Shown: in pieces, positions 57,244 to 64,000 of the stretch
Layout: every line of letters begins with the position of its first letter
How positions within the stretch are numbered: the stretch's first letter is position 1
Source: Eledone cirrhosa
Taxonomy: Eukaryota
DNA: 64,000 nucleotides
NCBI GenBank assembly: GCA_964016885.1
Contig: OZ024740.1
Span: 207,700,001-207,764,000, forward strand
Direction of reading: 5' to 3'
The notes under the pieces: generated by a model
Told to the model about the DNA's origin: nothing
Databases searched by the model: none
The model's input: the letters and a program-made list of their open reading frames with translations, nothing else
Program-made: the position numbers and the translations under genes

Positions 57244-59292
57244 TTTCTGAATTTGTTTAGCAAGATTCTTTATCTGAAAACGTGTGTTGAAACCGATATT
57301 GTTATACTTTGGGAGGGTCATGTTGCCAATAAGAAACACACGCACCAGTTGCTTTCACTCCAATTTATTATAAATTAAATTTATAAATTTACAAATTTAT
57401 AAATTTCCGGTTAGTTGGTTGGTTCCACAACCGGACGGTTGTTCATATATTGTCAAAGTTCTTTCGTCACACATTCTGTGACCTCTTCAGTGACTGGGGA
57501 TTCTTTTCTTTGTTTTTGTGCCTCTCCTTTGTTCTGTCCTACGCCATCTTGTTTTTGTGTGTGTTGTGTGCTTAGTTTGCGCATGTGTTACATCCGGGTG
57601 TCTGTGTGTTTATATTTGTTTATTTATTTGTTTATTTACATGTTACTGGTTGGTTGTTTGTTCTATGTGCGTGTGTGTTTTCATTTTGTCCTTAATTGTA
57701 AGTTGTGATGTTGCTATTCCATTCATGTTTTCTATTTAATTTTGGTTGGAGTTCATTTATGTTTATTGCTTCTGTGATTTGTCTAAACATTGCGTCTTTT
57801 CTGTGTGTAGATTCTATTTTTATTTCTATGTTCTCTAATTTGCCCTTATGTTCTATTTTAGCATGTTGGTGGAGTACAGATGATTCTTTTCTATATTGAA
57901 GCTCTCGCCAGTGTTCATTTAACCGTTCTCCTATACTACGAGCTGTCTCACCTATGTACACAATATTCTTATCTCTACATTGTCCTTCAGTACATCTTAT
58001 GTTATATACTACATTTCTAGTTTTACAGTTAATATGGGGGCTTAGTTTACAGATTATACATTTCTTATCTATACAGGGAGGTCTTTGAAAAGGGTATGTA
58101 TTGCTAATAAGTGGAAGTACCTGGTCTTTCTATTATCTTAATATTAAGTTTATGTTTATCTAGGGCCCTTCTAAATTTGTAAGCTAATTCACCTCTAGGG
58201 GTTGTATTGATGAACATTACACTCTGGTATTTATTGCTATCATACCACGAGTTTATTCTATTAACCTTATTCCTAGTTCTTTCTATTCTATTCCAAAATT
58301 TGCTCCTATACAAGGGGCAGGTCCCATTTGTATCATTATTTACCATTTTTTCCCATTTGGTTCTGGCTCCTCTATATACTCTGATTCTATTTCTCTGATT
58401 GTAACTAGAGAACTGCATACGGTGGATGAAGTGTCTCTCTAGTTCTTTGGGGTTGCACATGCAGGACACGTTTCTCATCACCCGTACCAAATCCGCAATC
58501 AGTATATTGATTTTGGTGAGATCCGAAACAGCTGAGTTTCGGTGGATCAGATATTTGGAAGTCATGGGTTTGGCATAATGGGAATGGAGGATTCGTTTTT
58601 TGTTATTAATGGTTTCTAACCAGAGCTCTGTGTCTAGTACAGGTAATCGATGGTTGGGGTGTTTGCTTGGGTAGTCTATAGTAACTCTAATACTCTGGTG
58701 GATGGAGTTAGCTATTTGCTGGATGCTTTCCATGGTGTTTTTCTCTAATTCCTGACTGTTCTCTAGTGGGGTGTTTTTACTACGATGTTTATATCATCAA
58801 CGTAGCGGGAGTACATTATCAGGGTTAAGAGGTTGCTGTCTTCTAATTGTTCTTTAAGTTTAAGTCTATTGTCCCACCATACCATGAATAGGTTAGCTAT
58901 GTCACCTGCAATGTTAACACCAATGGCTGCTCCTTCCTCTTGGGCATATGTTTTTCCATTAAATTTTAACATATGTTCCTTAAGGGTTAATTTTATACTG
59001 GCCCCCACCCCATGTGCAATCATTTTCTTTAGTTCATCGTGGTTTTCGGGGGGTCCGTATGGCTCTGGTCCACCCGTTCCATCTATCTGTGTGGGTTTTC
59101 TTGGCCATTGAGGTAATGGTAGGTGGTCTGCCTCTTGCGAAATGATCAGTGAGAGCGATGTTGAATTCCGTCACGATAACAGTGAGCTGGGACTCCTACT
59201 TAAACGTACCTATAGTAATAATTATCTAGACACATATGACCTTAGCAACCTGTGCCCTACAAGACCAGCAAGAGGCAGACCACCTACCACTG
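57240..59292 (-). mobile_element. Penelope-like element (RT + GIY-YIG + 3' pLTR region), disrupted, 5' part inverted
   Basis: YAQEEGAAIG, YSRYVDDI, LPVLD, HYAKPM; NVVYNIRC..VYIGETARSIGERLNEH..RQITEA..LNRKHEW; 3' end runs into (TA)n. Confidence 0.92.
57452..57494 (-). ncRNA. Minimal type I hammerhead in the PLE 3' region
   Basis: Minus strand gtca-CTGAAGA-ggtcaca(gaatg)tgtgac-GAAA-gaac-TT-tgac. Confidence 0.65.
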
Positions 59293-59335
59293 TGCGTGTG
59301 TGTGTGAGTGTGATAGAACATGTTTATATATATAC

Positions 59336-59380
<45 letters not shown>

Positions 59381-59413
59381 GTGTGTGTGTGTGTGTGTGT
59401 GCGTGTGTGTGTG

Positions 59414-59489
<76 letters not shown>

Positions 59490-59659
59490 GTGTATATATA
59501 TATATATGCATATAATTATGTGTATATATACGAATATATATATGTAATTTATTTCAGATGAGCTTCTGAAATAAACAACTACGAAGATAACCTTCAATTA
59601 TGCATGTATGTACATACATATATACATATATACATAATGCTTACATGCACAGACGCACA

Positions 59660-59721
<62 letters not shown>

Positions 59722-59751
59722 CACATATATATATATATATATATACACACA

Positions 59752-59856
59752 CCGCCGAGGTTAACTTTGCCTTTCATCCTTACGGGGTCGATAAAATAAA
59801 GTACCAGTAATGCACTGGGTAAATGCAAGCCTTGTGGTGCCTAAAGTAGAAACAAT
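59752..59856 (+). mobile_element. Short SINE 3' part
   Basis: Family of 17772. Confidence 0.7.
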
Positions 59857-59924
59857 TATATCTATATATATATCTAATAAACCTTTATTTGACTGCCTCT
59901 TTATTTTTGTTCCCGTCCAACTTT

Positions 59925-59977
<53 letters not shown>

Positions 59978-60141
59978 ACTTACGTATCTCACACACATGT
60001 ATGTATATATATATATATATGTGTGTGTATGTGTGTGTGTGTGTGTGTGTGTATAATTACGTATCTAGATATACTCACACATGTATATATATATGTATAG
60101 TTACGTATCTAGATATACTCACATGTGTATATATATACAAG

Positions 60142-60177
<36 letters not shown>

Positions 60178-60502
60178 AATGTGATGTGTAGGTTAGTGGA
60201 CATGTAAGGAGACCTGTACATGGCGATGTAGATAATAATTCGACTATCAAGATTTTTATCAAAGGTCACTTACTATTTGATGGCGAGATAAATAAATAAA
60301 TCTCATGAATCTCATGAATATATGTACATACATACATACACACTCACACTCACACACACACACACATATATATACATATATGTATAGATATACATGTATA
60401 TATATATATACATATATATATGTATATATATATGTATATATACATATATATATGTATATATATATATACATATATGTATATATATATATACATATATATA
60501 TA

Positions 60503-60586
<84 letters not shown>

Positions 60587-60618
60587 CAAATATAATCACC
60601 AAAATATATAATATAAAA

Positions 60619-60659
<41 letters not shown>

Positions 60660-60662
<3 letters not shown>

Positions 60663-60933
60663 TTGAAGTTTCCGTTGAAAATTGAAAAAGTCATAGGAGT
60701 GAAGAGTGCTCTATGTAAGTACCAGAGCAAAATTTAATGTATAATAAACAATCCAATATAATTACCTCATTACCAGAGGTATCCCGAATAAGACGAATAC
60801 GAAAAACGTCCTCATTCGTTCGTCGGACAAGGCAATTTCTTGTCCGACGAACGAATGAGGACGTTTTTCGTATTCGTCTTATTCGGGAGACCTCTGGTAA
60901 TGAGGTAATTATATTGTATTGTTTATTATACAT

Positions 60934-60938
<5 letters not shown>
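60660..60938. mobile_element. Tail + ~207-bp fold-back in (TA)n (third family)
   Basis: Arms 60732-60831 and 60839-60938 are reverse-complementary with 2 mismatches; ~7-nt loop. Confidence 0.8.
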
Positions 60939-60980
<42 letters not shown>

Positions 60981-61090
60981 ATATAATATAATATAAACAC
61001 ATATATATATCATTTTTCATACATGCATGTATGCAGTTTATATGCAATACACACATACACACATACACACACATAAAGATACACATATAT

Positions 61091-61162
<72 letters not shown>

Positions 61163-61798
61163 ATATGTCAGTATATAAAAGAATGTGTATATTAGTAAAT
61201 GTATACGATACCAAGTATAAAAGCAACACTTAGAGGATTGATGTAGGAAATGAAAGAGTTTCAATTAAAGTATCTCGTCATTATCTATCACTAGGGAAAC
61301 CATTACCTCATTCCCTTGGACATGGGAAACTTTTTCCGACATTTTCATATAATATATGTTCATTCAATAGAACTCTGCTCTATTAAGACTTGTGACTCTG
61401 ACGTTAAGATGTTTGATTCACGACCAATAAGATAGTGGTTTTCTGCCATAACCTCTGCATGTTTGTGGAGTTTGGTTGACAGAGTACTTTACTATGCACA
61501 CACACACACACACACAGAATGACAAACAGACAAGCAAACACACACAAACAAGCACAAATACATACACACAAACGCGCACAAGCACACACACATACATACA
61601 TATATCTGTATAAAGAACTTCGTTTTCAAATATAAAAAAAAAAACAGGAAAGAAGTAGATGGCGGAGTTATATCAGCTCAAAATACGGTAATTTATTATA
61701 ATAAACTGTATAAATGGCTACGTATCATATTTCTTTAAAAAAATATTTTTCAAAAAACCATGTATACGGATTCGTATTGTGGAGCAAATTTTATATAT

Positions 61799-61877
<79 letters not shown>

Positions 61878-61879
<2 letters not shown>

Positions 61880-62130
61880 TTTTCATCGCTCATTTATTCT
61901 TGATGGGGTCGTGGAGGCAAAGTCCTCAAACATTCCTTGCTGAAGGTCAAATCAAAACAACCGTTGTCCAAATGATCTAACTAGATCCCCAAATGTGACC
62001 CCAGTCCTACCGAACTTTTATATATTATGCAATTATCTTATTCGTGATCTACTTTCTGTTAACTTTGCTCGCAAAATCTGTCCAGCGACTCTTTCCTTAG
62101 ACATTCTAACCCTATCTCTGTAGTACTGGA
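61878..62130 (-). mobile_element. Degenerate RTE-like 3' end
   Basis: Homologous to 27988-28260. Confidence 0.6.
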
Positions 62131-62609
62131 GCTGTGGTCTCTCTAACCCTATCTCTGTAGTACTGGAGCTGTGGTCTCTCTATAGATACATTCGATACGT
62201 AGATACATCGATACATTAAACAGAGTACTCAAAGCAATTGAGGAATTAATAAGAAACTGTAATCCAAAAGCAAAAAGTCGGGTCAGCTATTATGGTTGAT
62301 GTAAACGTTACTACTGTGGCATTATTTTTGTTCGACGACACGCAGGACATTTACTATATCACAAAAGACAAACGCCTAGTTTATAAGACAAACGCCTAGT
62401 TTATGTAATATAGCTTAAGTTATATATTTAGAAATAGATAAAATAGCTGTAGCCATTTGCGATAACGTTGTTTATCCACTTATCGAATGATATCAGTGAA
62501 TATTTACGAAACCAGCATTTAGAATATTACGATGACATGTAAGTGGGGAAAATATACATACCGACTGTAGTAGTGTTTACTGACTTTATATCAGTGATTT
62601 CTTACTCAC

Positions 62610-63257
62610 CATACACACACACTTCCACACTACTACACCGCCACACACAGAGTCACACACACACATTCTCTCTCTCTTCCACAACACTTACACCTTCACA
62701 CACACACACACTCTTCCACACTACTACACAGTCACACAGTCACACACACACACACACATACACACTCTTCCACAACACTACACCATCACACACACACACT
62801 CTTCCACACTACTACACAGTCACACAGTCACACACACACACACACTCTTCCACAACACTACACCATCACACACACACACTCTTCCACACTACTACACAGC
62901 CACACAGAGTCACACACACACACTCTTCCACACTACTACACAACCACACAGAGTCACACACACACACACTCTTCCACACTACTACACAGCCACACAGAGT
63001 CACACACACACACTCTTCCACACTACTACACAACCACACAGAGTCACACACACACACACACACACACTCTCTCTCTCTCTTCCACAACACTGCACCATCA
63101 CACACACACACACACACTCTTTCACACTACTACCGTCACACACACACACATACAGAGTCGCACACATTCACACACCACACATACACACTCTTCCACACTA
63201 CTATCCCCTCACACACACACACACACATACACACTTCTATACTACTACCGTCACACA

Positions 63258-63320
<63 letters not shown>

Positions 63321-63465
63321 ACACACTTCACACTACTACACCATCACATGCACACGCACACACACACACTTCTACACTACTACACCGTCACATACACACA
63401 CACGTACGCACAAACACACACAGAGTCACACATACAAGCACCCATACACACACAAACACACACAC
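62610..63465. repeat. CA-rich minisatellite (ctcttccacactactacac...cacacac)
   Basis: Directly visible. Confidence 0.85.
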
Positions 63466-63707
63466 AGTTTTCCATTCTTCTCTCAATATCTGTTTCTTTC
63501 AGTTCTTTATTTTCCTCGTTCGAAACATTGCAGCTGTGGTATTAAAGTTTCTATATATACCCCCCCCCCCCACCTCCTGAAACTTTGCTGCTTCATTCCT
63601 CACAACAAATCAACTTGCGACAAAATATCTTTCATCTTTGACAAGTTTTATTTTTTAATTTCGAGTGCTTTGTTTTTCAGTTTAGGCCTCACTATATTAT
63701 TACTACT

Positions 63708-64000
63708 TACGGGGTCGATAAAATAAAGTACCAGTAATGTACTGGGTAATTTGATGGCCTTGTGCCAAAAGTAGAAACAATTATTACTATTGGCAGATTG
63801 GCAGTATTAGTAGAGGGTCGGACGCCATGCTTTTCAACATAGAGTTACGGTCCCTTACTGTGTGAGTTCAAATCCCGCCGAGGTTAAATTTGCTTTTCAT
63901 CCTTACGAGGTCGATAAAATAAAGTACCAGTAATGCACTGGGATAAATGCTGACCTTGTGCCAAAAGTAAGAACCATTATGCGGTGGATTGGCAGTATCG
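63708..64000 (+). mobile_element. Head-to-tail tandem copies of the short SINE
   Basis: 3' part (63708-63785), full unit (~63792-63979) with gagttcaaatccc B-box, new head from ~63981. Confidence 0.75.

Overview
Repeat-dense eukaryotic (animal) DNA with no confidently identifiable host gene. The SINE families and very high (TA)n/(CA)n/(TATG)n density resemble octopus/cephalopod genomes (inference only). The window holds decayed transposable elements: Tx1/L1-like, RTE, R4/Dong-like and CRE-like LINEs, two Penelope-like elements (PLEs), a hAT transposase, a Helitron, MITEs and tRNA-derived SINEs. It also has several minisatellites (one is 10.8 kb) and a 200-N gap. The main discovery is a set of non-coding elements embedded in (TA)n that carry hammerhead ribozymes (HHRs). 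(1) A 483-bp tandem array with three intact type I HHRs looks like a retrozyme or circRNA producer (25016-26200). (2) A second HHR family sits in long fold-backs (33535-34042, 47778-48102); in one copy the inverted arm stops exactly at the predicted self-cleavage site. (3) Two more unrelated families share the same 'tail + long palindrome in (TA)n' architecture. All ribozyme calls come from reading motifs and base-pairing by eye; activity is untested. Most ORFs in the track are microsatellite artefacts.
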